From assembly GCA_012295275.1 (NCBI GenBank), contig CM022665.1:9486001-9550000 (forward strand): a stretch of 64,000 nucleotides of DNA, in the 5' to 3' direction. The position numbers and the translations under genes were made by a program. Source of the DNA: Chrysomallon squamiferum. Lineage: Eukaryota; Animalia; Mollusca. Below, piece after piece: positions 13,401 through 38,110 of the stretch. The notes below the pieces were generated by a model. It saw only the letters and a list, made by a program, of their open reading frames with translations. It did not search any database and had not been told where the DNA came from. Every line of letters begins with the position of its first letter. Position 1 is the stretch's first letter.

Positions 13401-15413
13401 ACAAACAGAAGATTGTTTTAAATAAGTTAAAACATTTGGGCATTTGGGTCACTTATTAATAATTTTAAAAAAAATAATAATAATTCAAGCATTTTCTTGA
13501 CAGGACTTGTCACATTAAAATAAATAATAAATAAATAAATAAATAATGAATTAAACAAATAAATAAATAAGGTTTTTTATATTAAAGATATTTGTGTAAA
13601 GATGTATTTAGGACCATTATGAAGTTGTATGTTAGAAATGACTGATGAAAAACAAAATTTAGTGACATACCTCTCTTAGATAGGAAATACCAAGTTCAAA
13701 CAGGACACCTGTAACAAAATAAATAAATAAATATCCTTTAAGTTTTTAACACATTTAAATGCAAACACGAGCATCTTCAATTCAGTTTTTTGGGTCATTT
13801 CCCTTCTTTTTTTTCTCCACATGCTTTGCTTACAAAAAAGGAACACATGCACAACACATGCAAATGTTTACAATCTAAAGATTACTAATATACTTGTAGT
13901 CTAAGCAATATAATAATGATCTACATATATAATGTCATACCAATGTTATTTGCAATGCTGTCAGTCCGAATGAACGTTTCTCCACAAACACTAACATCTG
14001 TTTTATCAAGAATCTGAAATATAAAAATACATTGTATGGGATCATTATAAAGTCGTTGTGCAATTTTAAATTTCTATAATCTCTCACCTATGCGTGATAG
14101 AATTGATATGTAAAAAGGATTATCATCATGGATGCAAATCATGATACAGTTCTGAAATTCTAAAAATACATTTTGATGCTGCTTTTCAGTTATATTGTAA
14201 TGTTGAAAATTAACAAACTCAACAATAAATAAATTTATAATGACCCTGTAGTACATTACCTCTGTGTTGTTAATAAATCAAACATACTATAATTTACTAA
14301 CAACCACTGATTTATACAATAAAATAAATTGATGAAAATATTTTCCTATTAATTATATAACAGAAATACAGAAATATTTTCAATATACTTCAGATTAAGA
14401 AAAATCAACACCAGCTACAAAATTTACTGTGCGGTCAAATGGAAATTTTGCCATTAAGAAATACTGAGAATTTTTTGTTTTTGTTTTTAAATAAACCAGA
14501 AGTCCACTGAAAAACAAACTATTATATATATTTAAAAATGCTACAATAACTACTGGTGAAATCAGAGCATTCTGTTTACAACTTACATATTTTATCACAT
14601 GTAAGAAGCAGGTGGAGAAATTATTTAGATGTAAACTGTTTACTTACTCTGGTAGAAAAGTTCCAGGTTCTCTCATCCTGATTCCTGTCAGACACCTTCA
14701 CTGTATGAATGTTGCTTAGCACCTGAAGATAAATTTTAATAAATTTATAACTATATATAGGCTAAATTCAAATACATTAATACATATGAAGTGCCCCACT
14801 GTCCTGTGTAAAGGGAGGTTTAAATAAAAGAACCACTGCAGTTAATTATTTTCTAACCCATGGATCACAAGAACCAAGATTTCCTTTCTCATTATATATC
14901 TATTAAAGCCATATGGTCAACATCTAATAATAGTAATGTTAATAATAAAATGCTTTAAAGTATAATTGGTAAGAAAACCATATTAACTGACAATAATAAT
15001 TTAATAACCAGTAATATTAAATGTATCGTAACCAATGAACAAATATTCACTCTTTTACTTTTATCCTGTGATGTTTGTTTTCCTGTTTATAAATTACTTA
15101 GTAAGTGCCTACAAAATTTATCTCAAATACTATTAACTAATAAAAGAAGCTCATATTGAGAAGAAGGAATTATGAAATACATCTCAGAATTATTATCACT
15201 AAAATAGAATAATTAATACCTAATAATTGTTTAATTAATTAGATGAAGGAAAAGAAAGACTTACATTCTGACCATCGAATAAACACATCCGAACATGACG
15301 ATCTAGTAGTTTAATACCTACAAGAAAATAATGAAATACTGTAAACATCAGAAGTAGAAGAACTGTTTATTATTTCAATTATTACCATTTCTTAATATGT
15401 TCTAACAAAATAT

Positions 15414-15445
<32 letters not shown>

Positions 15446-17748
15446 AAAATGAATGTTAATGTATTGTAAAAAAAATAAAGAAACAAACAAATTAAATGAA
15501 AAAAGCAATAATAAATAAATAAATGAAAAAAGATAATAATAATAAAAATTAAAATAAAATAAAATAAAAAATATTTTAAAATATTACAAAAAAGAAATAA
15601 TATAAAAAGAAATTTAAAAAAAAGACTGTCATGGAATTTGGACCATTCAATATTTTCTTTTGACAATAAGAAACACTAGAAAAGGCTCACCTGATCCAGG
15701 ATGCGGAATTTGCTGACAGGAGACTAAGGTAATAATTCTTTCAATTTTAACCTTCTTAGGGCGCACCTAAAAATTATCATAATTTTGTGAAAAACTGCAA
15801 ATTCTCTTAGCAAATATACCACAATAATATCTGTATCTTTCTGACTGGATTTATTGTTATTATTATTTTTTATCATTTTTTTTATTTTTTAACACAAAAT
15901 AATAAACAAATAAATAAATAAATAAATTAAACATTTGTAAAACGAGACAAAACTAAATTTAAAAAATATATATATATATTGAGGCACTTGTGTAAAATAA
16001 AGAAAAACTCTAATTTTATTATTTATTTATTTATATATTTTATATATATAAATAAATAAATAAATAATAAAATTAGAGTTTTTCTTTATTTTACACAAGT
16101 GCCTCAAGTAACTTAGGAAATACTTGCCTTGCTGGTGACAGGATCAAAAGAGAGATCTTTATATGCAAGATTGGATGCACTGAGTTTTGGTGTCAGAAAA
16201 TTATTTGTACGATAAAGGTCACCTGCAAAATATACAGAAAAATTTTATTATCATAAAAATGTCAACAATTAGAAATAGAGAAAACAACAAAAAAGCATTA
16301 ATAAATTACAAACTTTAAACAAATTTTTAAACATTTAAACTATATTACATTTCTAAATTAAAATGAAAAAAAAATTAAATTATTATTAATAATAATAATA
16401 ATAATAATAATAACTATAATAACAGTAAGAATTTATAAAATTTATAGAATTTATATTAAAAGAAGTCAGTTATAGTAATCACTATATGAAACATGGGCCA
16501 CTGATAACTTCACTTTCATTCTAAAAACAAGTGGAACTTGACAGTACTCTTCTTTTCACTGTCAGATTTACATTTTATATTTTCACTTTTTTTCTCTAAA
16601 CAATTAATAATATACTAGATATACATGAATAAAATTAACATTACAGTATACTAGTATTTATAGTTTGTTAAATGAGTATGTTCTATTATATTATCATAGT
16701 GTACATATTACATATCAAAATTCTATCTTTCAGATATACAACAGAAACATTCCTTATCTCCATTTGATCTTTATATTATCTGCATTGTACAGTGTAAAAA
16801 GAATAATGACCATCAGTAAGTATATATGCAATATAAAAAAATAAATTTCAGGCTGATAAATTTTATATTTATTAAAATTATATATTTATGTAATGATGTT
16901 AAAAATTCTTGGGAAATACAAAAGAATGCATATATGTATGTATGTTTATATGCTAAAATTTACTCACTTTCATTAAAATATTTTGCAAGTGTTGATTTTC
17001 TGAAACCAGATGGCACTGCACCCATGGCATGAAGTACATCTGAAACTGTTGTCTTAAAAAACAACATTAAAACATTTCAACTTAACAAAGTCAAAATAGC
17101 ACATAAGTATTACCAAAACATGGATTTCAATTCTGAACATAAACATTACTCTTGTGGATGCTGTTCAAATTTTAAACAAAATATACACTGGATCAAATAC
17201 ACAATTATTATTTATAACTAAATAATTATTACAATTCATTATCACTATATAATTTCGCATAGAGGATTTATAATATGTGTGTGTTTGTGCGTGCATGTGT
17301 GAATATCTGTAAACTGAAATTGTATTTTTTTAATTTTTTAATTGTTTTTTTTTACTATGGTCAGAGATATATTACATATCTGACTTCAGTTAAGATTATT
17401 TTATTAACTTAGAAACTGAATGTCAAGTAATTATGACCATTTACATAAAATACTTTTCATGTGAAATATTTTAATGTATTAAATATCTATTTCACTGAAA
17501 TACTCAAAATGCATACCTCAGTTACAGCTTTCCTAATGCTCCCCCACAACTGCTTACCACTGAAAAAAAAAAAAAAAAAAATTATTTGTTTACAAAATTA
17601 AAACAGATGTTTTTATTGTTGGTTTTTTTTTTGGTTTTTTTTTTGTGTGTGTCTGGTTTTTTTTTTTTTAATTGTTTTTCAGTTTAGGCATTTGAGAACA
17701 CTGAAAGGAACTCACCTGACATGCATCCCATTGAATATTATTATTATT

Positions 17749-17799
<51 letters not shown>

Positions 17800-19281
17800 T
17801 TATTATTATTTTTTTTTTTTTTTGGTTGTTGTTAATGTTTTTTAAAACATTTTTGTAAATTTCATCCAGACAAATAAATTATTTTAACAAAATATTATTG
17901 TCACCTTTCCTGAAATCCTGGATTTGATTGGCATTATTTGGATCTGCATACATTAAAGTTATTTATTCTCAAAACTTTTTTTATATATAAATCTATGAAA
18001 TAGGCTAATTTAAAAAAAAAAAAAGAATTAACAATGTATCAAAATGTATGTGTCCATTAATTTAAATATTATGCTTTAACATTCTTTTACAAACACTAAT
18101 AAAAAGAATTAATTTAAAAAAAAAAATGTTTTAATAAATATATATACTAACCTACGCAGATGTGAACACAGACATACACATGCAAACAAATGCTGCTGAG
18201 GGTAACCTTTTACATTTGTGTTAGTGGCAACTAAGTTAATTCTAAACACATCATAAAATAAAAGCAGCATTTTGTTTTAGATAATAAAATATGCAGCTGT
18301 TGTAAGAATCTTAAAGAATGCACTAATCATATTTAAAAGAAAAATGCTAAGCTAAAATCAAGACATAACACACACACACACACACAGGCACTTTCACATA
18401 CATATGCATATTAATGATACTGATATTGCCGAGGAGATAAATAACTTTAATAAGCAAATGAAACTACAAGAAATTAGCATTAAAAATAATAAGCTTGATC
18501 ATGTTTAATTTCAGTTTTACAAAATGATATACTTTAACATTTAATAAATATTAAAAACAGAACTATATTTTAACTGAAATTTGTAAATTTGCAGCTGTTA
18601 TAAGAATACTTACTCTCGTGATTTATCAGAAAGTTAGAAATCATTTAATTTCTATGTGATTTTTCAGAAATGAAAATAGGTCTAATACCTGGTATGTATT
18701 TTTTTGAAAAACAAATATTTAACACCAACTAACTTATAATTAGGATTTGACTACCACTAATCTAAAAATGGTAATTTTTGAAAAAATAAAACTGAAAATA
18801 AAAATAAAAAAGGAAGAAATAATTCTAACTTACCCAACATCGCTAAAATAATCGTGGAATGTGGAACTGCCATTAATTGGTTTTACTTACAACAGTAATA
18901 TAATATTTCAAAATACTTTTAAAAATTACAGCTGACATATTTTGACCAAATTTTAAATATATATATACGTGTGTGTATGTGTATGTATAAATGAATGTGT
19001 GTATATATGTATATATGTACGTATTTAAACTAAGCGCAGTTAACTGAAACAAAATTCAAAACAGCCAACATGTATGTAAGATCTGAAAAAGCTTACAGCA
19101 TGCCTGATAACTAAACCAAATTATTATTAGAATCTTAAATGAATGTTAAATACATCCACTGTGAACTGCTTGCATGCTTTAGCCCTAAATAAAATACTAT
19201 GAGAAGCATGGTCTATAATATTACTATTAAATTTAAATACATCTATTTTTACACAAATTAATTACCTTTTTGGCTTTCGAA

Positions 19282-19312
<31 letters not shown>

Positions 19313-22300
19313 ATCACTTTCTTCAGTAATTTAATGACAGAAAAATAGATTAATATTTACCTTTAGAATTAAGAAGGCAAGAAATTAATTTATACATGTT
19401 GGAGGCTGCAGTCTATCAAAAGATGGAAGTTGGTTTTCACTTTCTTTTCATCTTCATATATACATTATTTGACAAACTGAAAGGATTGTGACTAGGGCAA
19501 TTTGTCTCTTAAATTATTTTTTTTTCATTTTTTATTTTATAACCATAAAAATATCACATCCCCCTATTTGTTGCAGCTGTTTTCTTAATTGCATATACCT
19601 TTATAATGAAACCATTCATTGAAATAATATATAAAACATCTTACCATCAACTTGCTGAATTTTGGCATACTTGTTGTATTTCTAAAGAAAATAAAGCATA
19701 AATTTTACATGACAGGAAATAAGTCACAGCTGCATTTTTGTTAAAAAAATAATTATAAAGAAATTGATATTAAAAAAACCCACTATTATTTATTTTAATG
19801 AAGAAATGTAAAACGAATGGATATTTTCAACATTTTTCTTTTTAATAATTTTTTTTACTAAGCAATGTGTTGGGTTTTTTTATATAAATATATGAACATC
19901 TAATTTCTAAATATATTTTTATATGATCTTCTTTATTATGAGTGTGCCATAAAATGAATCATTAAATACAGTTTTTTAAATGCTTAATTTAGTTTTCATC
20001 TTCTTATGTAAATTATACAATAATTCTCAACTGTGATTAAATATGAATTAAGAACACAATTCTACAATGACAAAAAGATAATTTCAGGAAAGTAAAAATC
20101 AAAATTATTATTTTTTGGAGGGACTAGGTTGTTTGTTGTTGTTCTGTGGCAAATAATAAGCCAAAAAATATGTAAAAAACAAAAAAAAACTTATATTTTT
20201 GGTTTACTTTTTATTTCTGGACACTGAATGTTGTCTTTTTGCAAATATTTTCTTTTTCAGTCAGGTTTGTTTTGGTTGTTTAATCTGGATCTATGTAATA
20301 TAGAATACATATTTAGGTTTCTTAAACTATTAAAGCAGGTTTCACTAATTTTTACATACCTGAAGCAGATTGCTTGGAACTTGGCCTTTCTGACCTTTTT
20401 CATTTTCAGCTACCCACCAATCACCTTCCCTGAAACCAAGAAACCAAACAAACTCATTACATTTCTATATGGATTTGCTAGTCTATAAAGCAAAATGAAT
20501 ATGTTCTTTCAGCTTAAATGTTTTAACAAAGATTGTATCAAAAACAAATTTCTGTAATTGCTGATATAATCAGAACTATTATGCAGATTGCCACAGAGTA
20601 TTAATTCTCATACAAATTTCTTATTCTTCAAAACATTTTGCAGTTCCAAGTTGGAAATATGTATAAAGTAAAATTACGATGGTAAATGCAGCATACGTTA
20701 TTTTTCAATTGTATTTTTTGTTTGTTGTGGGTTTTTATTTTTTATCTTGATCTTTTTTTTTTTTTTTCTTTTTTTAACTGCAGGGGATGTAATTAACATA
20801 TAATTTCATACCACCTTTTATTTCCAAATTAAAAACAGAATAATATTTATCATAAATGGTGTATATAGTATGTATTAACAGAAACTGATAAACTTACATT
20901 TTGAGAATTGTGAGAATTTCTCCTTTATCAAATCCTAAATCTCCTTCCTGCTCTGCTCTGAAAGGAGCTGTTGTTATAAACATGTTCATCTGAAATATTA
21001 AAACACATTGTTTTAAAAATGCAAAACATTACAATGATGGTAATTATCACAAACTCTACTTGAAATTTTATTTAAGAATAAAAAAATAAACAATATAACA
21101 AACTCATGGAACCATTTCAAAGGGATCTACCTATTAATTGTTAAAATACGCTCAATGGCTTCATCTCTTGTATTATAATAAAAACGTTTTCTTTTCTTTT
21201 TTGTCAGGGGTACTTGTCTTGATTATGGATGGATGGATGAATGGAGAAATGGATGTTTAATATGCTTGACACCTAATAAGTGTAAAAAAAGATGTGTTGT
21301 GAAGCTAATACTTCTCATTCACTCTTTCAGTAAGCTGCTGTCAAAATTAATTAATTAAATAAAGCATGGTAAAATGTTACTTACAGTACTCTCTGCATTT
21401 TCTACTCCCTCTTCAGTTACAGAACTGAAACAGATTTAATATTCCAATTTAAACATTACTAAATATACATAACTCACAAAAACAGACACATACATTTTCT
21501 TACATATTTTGTGCTTAATTTTTTATGCTAATGTATTTAGATAAATAAATTATTATTACTATGTCACTCTATCTTTAACAGTATTCAGTATAAGAAATTA
21601 GGTACAAAAATGAGTAGCCACTGGGTATGAAAATATAGCTTTAATGAAAAGCTGCACTGCCTTGTGAAAAGATATCTTACAAAATATTAATTACTTCAGA
21701 TGAAACTATTCCTTTGTCACCTTCAGTTTCTAGTTATTGACGTTTTACCATATGTATTAAACAGTAAAAAGATATTTTTATAAAACATTAATTCCTTCAA
21801 ATGAAACTATTCCTTTGTCACCTTCAGTTTCTAGTTATTGAAGTTTTACCATATGTATTAAACAGTAATTAAAATAAATAAAAGCATACCTTTCTTCCTC
21901 TGCCTCCTCCCCTTCCTCTTCTTCTGCTTTTTCATCATCTAAAAAATGTTTACAAAAAATTAATGAAGAAAATACATAACAAAATATTTATTAAGACAGT
22001 GTACAACAAAACAGAATCTGAACAGATTTTTTGTAAATAAATGAATATTTATTTTAATAATGCTGTACCACATTTTAATAATTATAGTTTTTAATAACTG
22101 GTTATTCTGAATATGAAAGCCCAGCAAGAAGATTAAAATGTGTTTGAATCTAATATTTTTGTTTCGGGTATCAGCTTTAACATTTGTTTTTCAGGTGGAT
22201 GCTTATTTCTGAGAATGTTATGCCTTACATATGTTAATATTCACTATATCATATACAACAGCAATATTTCAAAAGTAATATTGACTGCTGTAATACTTTT

Positions 22301-22738
22301 ACAATAGAAAGATTCAGAGCATATTTCATTATATAATTAAACTATGTGTACGATTACTATGAATTATTAAATTAGAATTGTTACCACCTCCATAATAATG
22401 GAAATAAAAACATTTTTAAATACATATTTGAACTTCAATCTTTTTTCCCAAAACAAATTATTTGACACAACATATTTAAACAGTTAATAATCAGATACCA
22501 AATATATAACAAATAATAAAATGTACTGTAGATATAAATTTTAAACACGTACATTATGAGATCTGAAAACCCAGTATACATACATACATACATATATTTT
22601 TGAAAACCCAATATATATATATTTTAACTCCCCTTTATACAATTACCTTCAGTTTCCTCATCTTCGGCTTCTTCTTCACCTTCTTCAGCTTCTTCTTCAC
22701 CTTCTTCTTCTACCTCTTCTTCTTCTTCCTCCCCCTCC

Positions 22739-22773
<35 letters not shown>

Positions 22774-23605
22774 TTCTTCTTCTTCTTCTTCTTTTTCATC
22801 TTCTTCTTTTTCTGCTTTCTCTAAATTTCTGCAGTAAAAATAAGTTAGGAACTTAGTGTATTATCTGGAACTTAGAATAGTCTCAGTATCTTATATACTG
22901 GTTAACTTACTGTTAGGAATGATCTTGTCTGCACTATAAACTGACTATGAAATGGGATACAAATTATACTCTGAAAGGCTTATACTCTGAAAGATTTTTA
23001 TTTTTTTATTTTGTAAATCAGAAGATTCAATAACTTAGTTTCATGATTTAAAAAAAATCCATTAAAATTAACAAACAAGTTTTAAACTTATATAAATATT
23101 AATTACATTTTTATTCAGATATATTATTTGGTGACTTTTTATTCTTTTAAAAGAGGGGGAATAAAGAAAGAATAATTGAAAATGTCAATAAAGAAAGCAG
23201 CAAATTTAATAGCTGCAGTAACAATCAGTAACACAAAAGTATATTATGGATGACTCTTTGTTTTAGACTGACATTGATTATTCTTAAATTAAGTTGCAAA
23301 CATTTAAGCTAAATGTTCAAGGCAAAATGAATTTTAATTCTAATTTAATACTTGTTATAAAAATTTCACTAGTATGGCTCTTGTCTAGATTTCATTAAAT
23401 TTTAAGTGTTGTTAATATTTTGTTAGTTTTTAATTATTGAATTAAAACAGTACAGACATCACAATGGAATTAACTCACTTTAAATATTCTTCTTCAATTT
23501 CATTAGGCAAAAGTTTGGCCATCATATCTTTGAGCTGGTTCTGAAATAAATTTTAAATCACCAATTAAAACTTTATTACTTAATTTTTATTGGCTAAATC
23601 AGTTT

Positions 23606-23643
<38 letters not shown>

Positions 23644-25970
23644 AGTACTAATTTTATATATATATAATAATGTTAATATTTATATATATATAAAATTAGT
23701 ACTTGTTTGTGTGTGGGATATATTTAGTTTTAGGATCTCTTGTTTTGAGTGCAGCCTTTGAGTTATTTATGTGCCAGTCAGTAGTCTATGACTGTATTAT
23801 CACTTGGGTAGTTTTTCCCTATTTGTGGAAAGATGCATACTGCCAAAGGTTGCCCACGAAGTAAGCACAGGCTTCAACTTTTTCTCATATCATTATTACA
23901 CTAGACCAGCATGAGGCTGAGTCCTAATAATGTTAATATTTATAATTCATAATTTATTTGCAATGATGGATAAACACTTGCCTGCCAAACTTCAATTCTG
24001 TTAACTTCCTGTCGTTTCCTTGTTTCATATCGGCTCAACTTTTTGGGCTCCTTATCCTGGTGAGAAGAAAGCAAGGACAAATTTTCCATCAGTTAATGCA
24101 ATGAAAAAAAAAAAAAATGAAAAATGAAAAATACATATATTTATATATATGTTTGTGTTGTATTTTGTGTATAATGGACTGCAGATAAATGTATAATTGT
24201 GTGTGAATGTGTATGTATGTGTGTGTGTGCATGTGTGCGTATGAGTGTGTGTTGTATATGTGTCTTATATATACATATGCATATACATATGTACACAGGT
24301 AAATAGACAGGTGGATATAAAGAGGTATACAGGTAAAAAAATTAATGGATGGATGGAAGCATTTACGTATGTATAGACAGATGTGCATGTGTATATGTAT
24401 TTGTTTGTGTGCATGTATATTCTCATAGAACATTTTTAGTGACATAATAATATATTACCTCTGTAAGATTCTTTACTCTTTCCAAAAGTTCAGTCACTTT
24501 TTGTTTGAGTACCAAGCAGCTGAAAAGAAACATTAAATTAGAATTGCTATATAAACTGAATAAATTATATCAATTTTTTTTTTTTTCTTGGAAATTTTAA
24601 TTTGTTATCTCAAAATCAAATGATAAAAATTAATAAACTAATTATAGTAAAAATCATGATCACTTTAACTAGTGTACGCAGAAAGGTTTTATTTTTAAAT
24701 GAATCATTATATTTCTTACGTTATTTATTACTCAAAGCATTGATAAAAAAATAAAATAAAATATGAAATTATGATATATTTATCTCTGTTATGGGAAGCA
24801 AATGAAACAATTACTACCTTTTATAATGTTCTTTCAGTTTAGTTTCCTTGTCTGCCAATTTACTGTTGTCTAGTGTCTTATTGCTGTCCTTAATTATCTG
24901 AGAAACCTGTTAAATAACAGAAGTTTTAGAACAAAAAAATATATATATTACAACATATTTTATATGCAAATAATTATGTAATGATTTAATAATTAGTAAT
25001 TATATATTCAGATGTCATTAAATAATAAAAAGAACAACAACAAAAAGCATTCGGTAAAGACACTTGCATTACAAAACACTGTACTATATTAGATCTACCT
25101 TACATCATGTTAATATGAGTAAATGAATTAACTTAAATCAGTTAAAAATATATATGTATCATTTCATAAATTTCACAAAGAATGTGTAACCACAAACTTT
25201 AATTTTGAAATATGAATAGACAAATGTATTATGAATTCTATTGGAGATTCGAAAAATTAGTTTGTAACTCCCAGTATATAGATTATCGTTCAATGAATCA
25301 ACTGGAAAAGTGGAAGTCCAGCTATAATTAGTAATTAATAACTGTTTGTCTTTATCCTGACATCCTAAACTATTAAGACATTCTGCATTCATCTTGCATA
25401 ATTGAATAATAATATTATTATTAAATAAAAAAGAAGAAAAGAAGAAGAAAGAATAGATAATGCTAAAAACAAGTTCCAGTATCATTTTTTATTATTCCTC
25501 AACTCACTAATATTTTCTTTCATCTTCTTAACTCTTCCTTGTATTGTAGGATCAAGATGCATGTGTGGGTGTGTGCATCTGTAAGTGTGTGTGTGTGTGT
25601 GCGCGCGTGCATGGGTACATGTGTGTGTTTTATCAACAATAGTCAATAGGGTTAAAAAAAATCATGATCAAATACACTGTTCCAACTATTGCATTAACTT
25701 AATGATTAAGTTATGATAAATGCAATTATAAACGTTGACATTTTCAGCGAATTTTGACACCTAGAATACCGTGATATTTTTCTATATTTTCCATTTAAAA
25801 ATTATATATTATTTACTGTTTATGAGTGTAAATGACAGGCTGTTCTAGTGTTCAATTATTTTTCAGACTTTATGTTTATACAAAAACAACAACAATAGAT
25901 AAACCTGTTTTTTTAGCACATCTGCTTCTTTCTGTGCAGTAAGTAGTGGACTTGGTTCCTTGCGAGACAT
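4177..25970 (-). CDS. NPHP1: Nephrocystin-1 (ciliary transition-zone protein): coiled-coil, acidic tract, SH3, acidic tract, nephrocystin homology domain; 29 exons, ~736 aa
   Basis: Exons (minus strand, 5' to 3'): 25905-25970, 24818-24906, 24459-24519, 23982-24056, 23479-23540, 22647-22828, 21890-21938, 21385-21424, 20898-20989, 20360-20429, 19645-19681, 19266-19320, 17517-17559, 16968-17052, 16128-16222, 15691-15766, 15265-15317, 14648-14722, 13941-14013, 13671-13708, 12012-12094, 11514-11590, 11165-11264, 10544-10662, 9981-10054, 9186-9230, 5084-5200, 4540-4698, 4177-4197. All phases are compatible (2211 nt). Peptides match my recollection of human NPHP1: [92 protein letters not shown]. The final exon 4177-4197 is the least certain. 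Confidence 0.95.
15979..16107. repeat. Perfect inverted repeat, 56-bp arms with a 17-nt AT loop
   Basis: 15979-16034 (ttgaggcacttgtgtaaaataaagaaaaactctaattttattatttatttatttat) is the exact reverse complement of 16052-16107. Confidence 0.92.
20360..20989 (-). other. NPHP1: SH3 domain of NPHP1 (exons 9-10)
   Basis: [51 protein letters not shown] carries the SH3 hallmarks DLxFxKGE, WW and GxVPSNxL. Confidence 0.92.
21683..21868. repeat. Near-exact ~85-bp direct duplication (period 101) in NPHP1 intron 7
   Basis: atgaaactattcctttgtcaccttcagtttctagttattga(c/a)gttttaccatatgtattaaacagtaa starts at 21700 and again at 21801. Confidence 0.88.
22647..22828 (-). repeat. NPHP1: Coding (GAA)n-rich poly-glutamate tract of NPHP1 exon 6
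   Basis: The (TTC)n run on the + strand lies between acceptor (22829-31) and donor (22645-46) sites and translates to [11 protein letters not shown]...[11 protein letters not shown]. An acidic region precedes the SH3 in NPHP1 orthologues. Confidence 0.88.
23641..23706. repeat. Perfect inverted repeat, 27-bp arms with a 12-nt loop
   Basis: acaagtactaattttatatatatataa (23641-67) pairs with ttatatatatataaaattagtacttgt (23680-706). Confidence 0.85.
23685..23924 (+). mobile_element. Probable inserted SINE-like fragment bounded by 20-bp direct repeats
   Basis: TAATAATGTTAATATTTATA occurs at 23665-23684 and 23925-23944. The interior is more GC-rich than the intron and contains tgtggaaagatgcata, similar to the SINE core seen elsewhere in the window. 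Confidence 0.4.
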
Positions 25971-26467
25971 TATGTCAAAGAAAAACAAATAAAAGAAAAA
26001 TTAAACTTGTTTATAATAATTCACAAAATATTCAACGCCATTTTGCAACAAAACAGGTTCGCACTTGTTTCCAACGCGCGATGAATTTAGTACCATATTA
26101 ATGTCCCTCTTATCAGTATACAAGAAATAAGAAAATTGAATATATAGCTATTTTTAAAAAAATTGTAATTTTTATGTATACATTAATTTTATGCCATAAG
26201 TTAGTTTGTTACAGATATTCATTTTTTTTTTTTTTTTTTGTATTTCGTAAGCCGTCTTAATAAAACGGAAATATACGAAGATTACCGATTGCAGTCAGCA
26301 TGGACTGAAATGGGGCAGATAACTCAACAGTAATTTGAAAGAACTCGGTCTTCTTGTATGTCTTGTTTTATGTTTGTGTCTTGCCTTGTCACTTCAAACA
26401 ACGAATGATTTATAGTTATCTTTTCTAAAAACATCGTTCAGAAGCTAGACAGTTTATTTTGACCGTG
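25971..26467. promoter_or_regulatory. Bidirectional (head-to-head) promoter region of NPHP1 and POMT2, with a YY1-like motif
   Basis: The divergent ATGs are 497 bp apart, and CpGs are locally enriched relative to both gene bodies. CGCCATTTTG (AAAATGGCG on the - strand, YY1 consensus) lies at 26036-26045, and a GTTTCC X-box half-site at ~26067. Confidence 0.7.

Positions 26468-38110
<11,643 letters not shown>

Noticed and set aside
17905-17943. 39-nt exon-like segment on the - strand (tatgcag|ATCCAAATAATG...GGAAAG|gtgaca) in NPHP1 intron 12
   Set aside because: In the host intron's phase (2) it reads into TAA at once, and the polypyrimidine tract is weak. At most a poison exon, with no support from sequence alone.
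21721-21830. Duplicated tag|AAACTGAAG|gtgaca 9-nt microexon-like motifs inside the 101-bp-period repeat
   Set aside because: The host intron is phase 2, so inclusion gives AGA AAC TGA (stop). The acceptor also lacks a pyrimidine tract.
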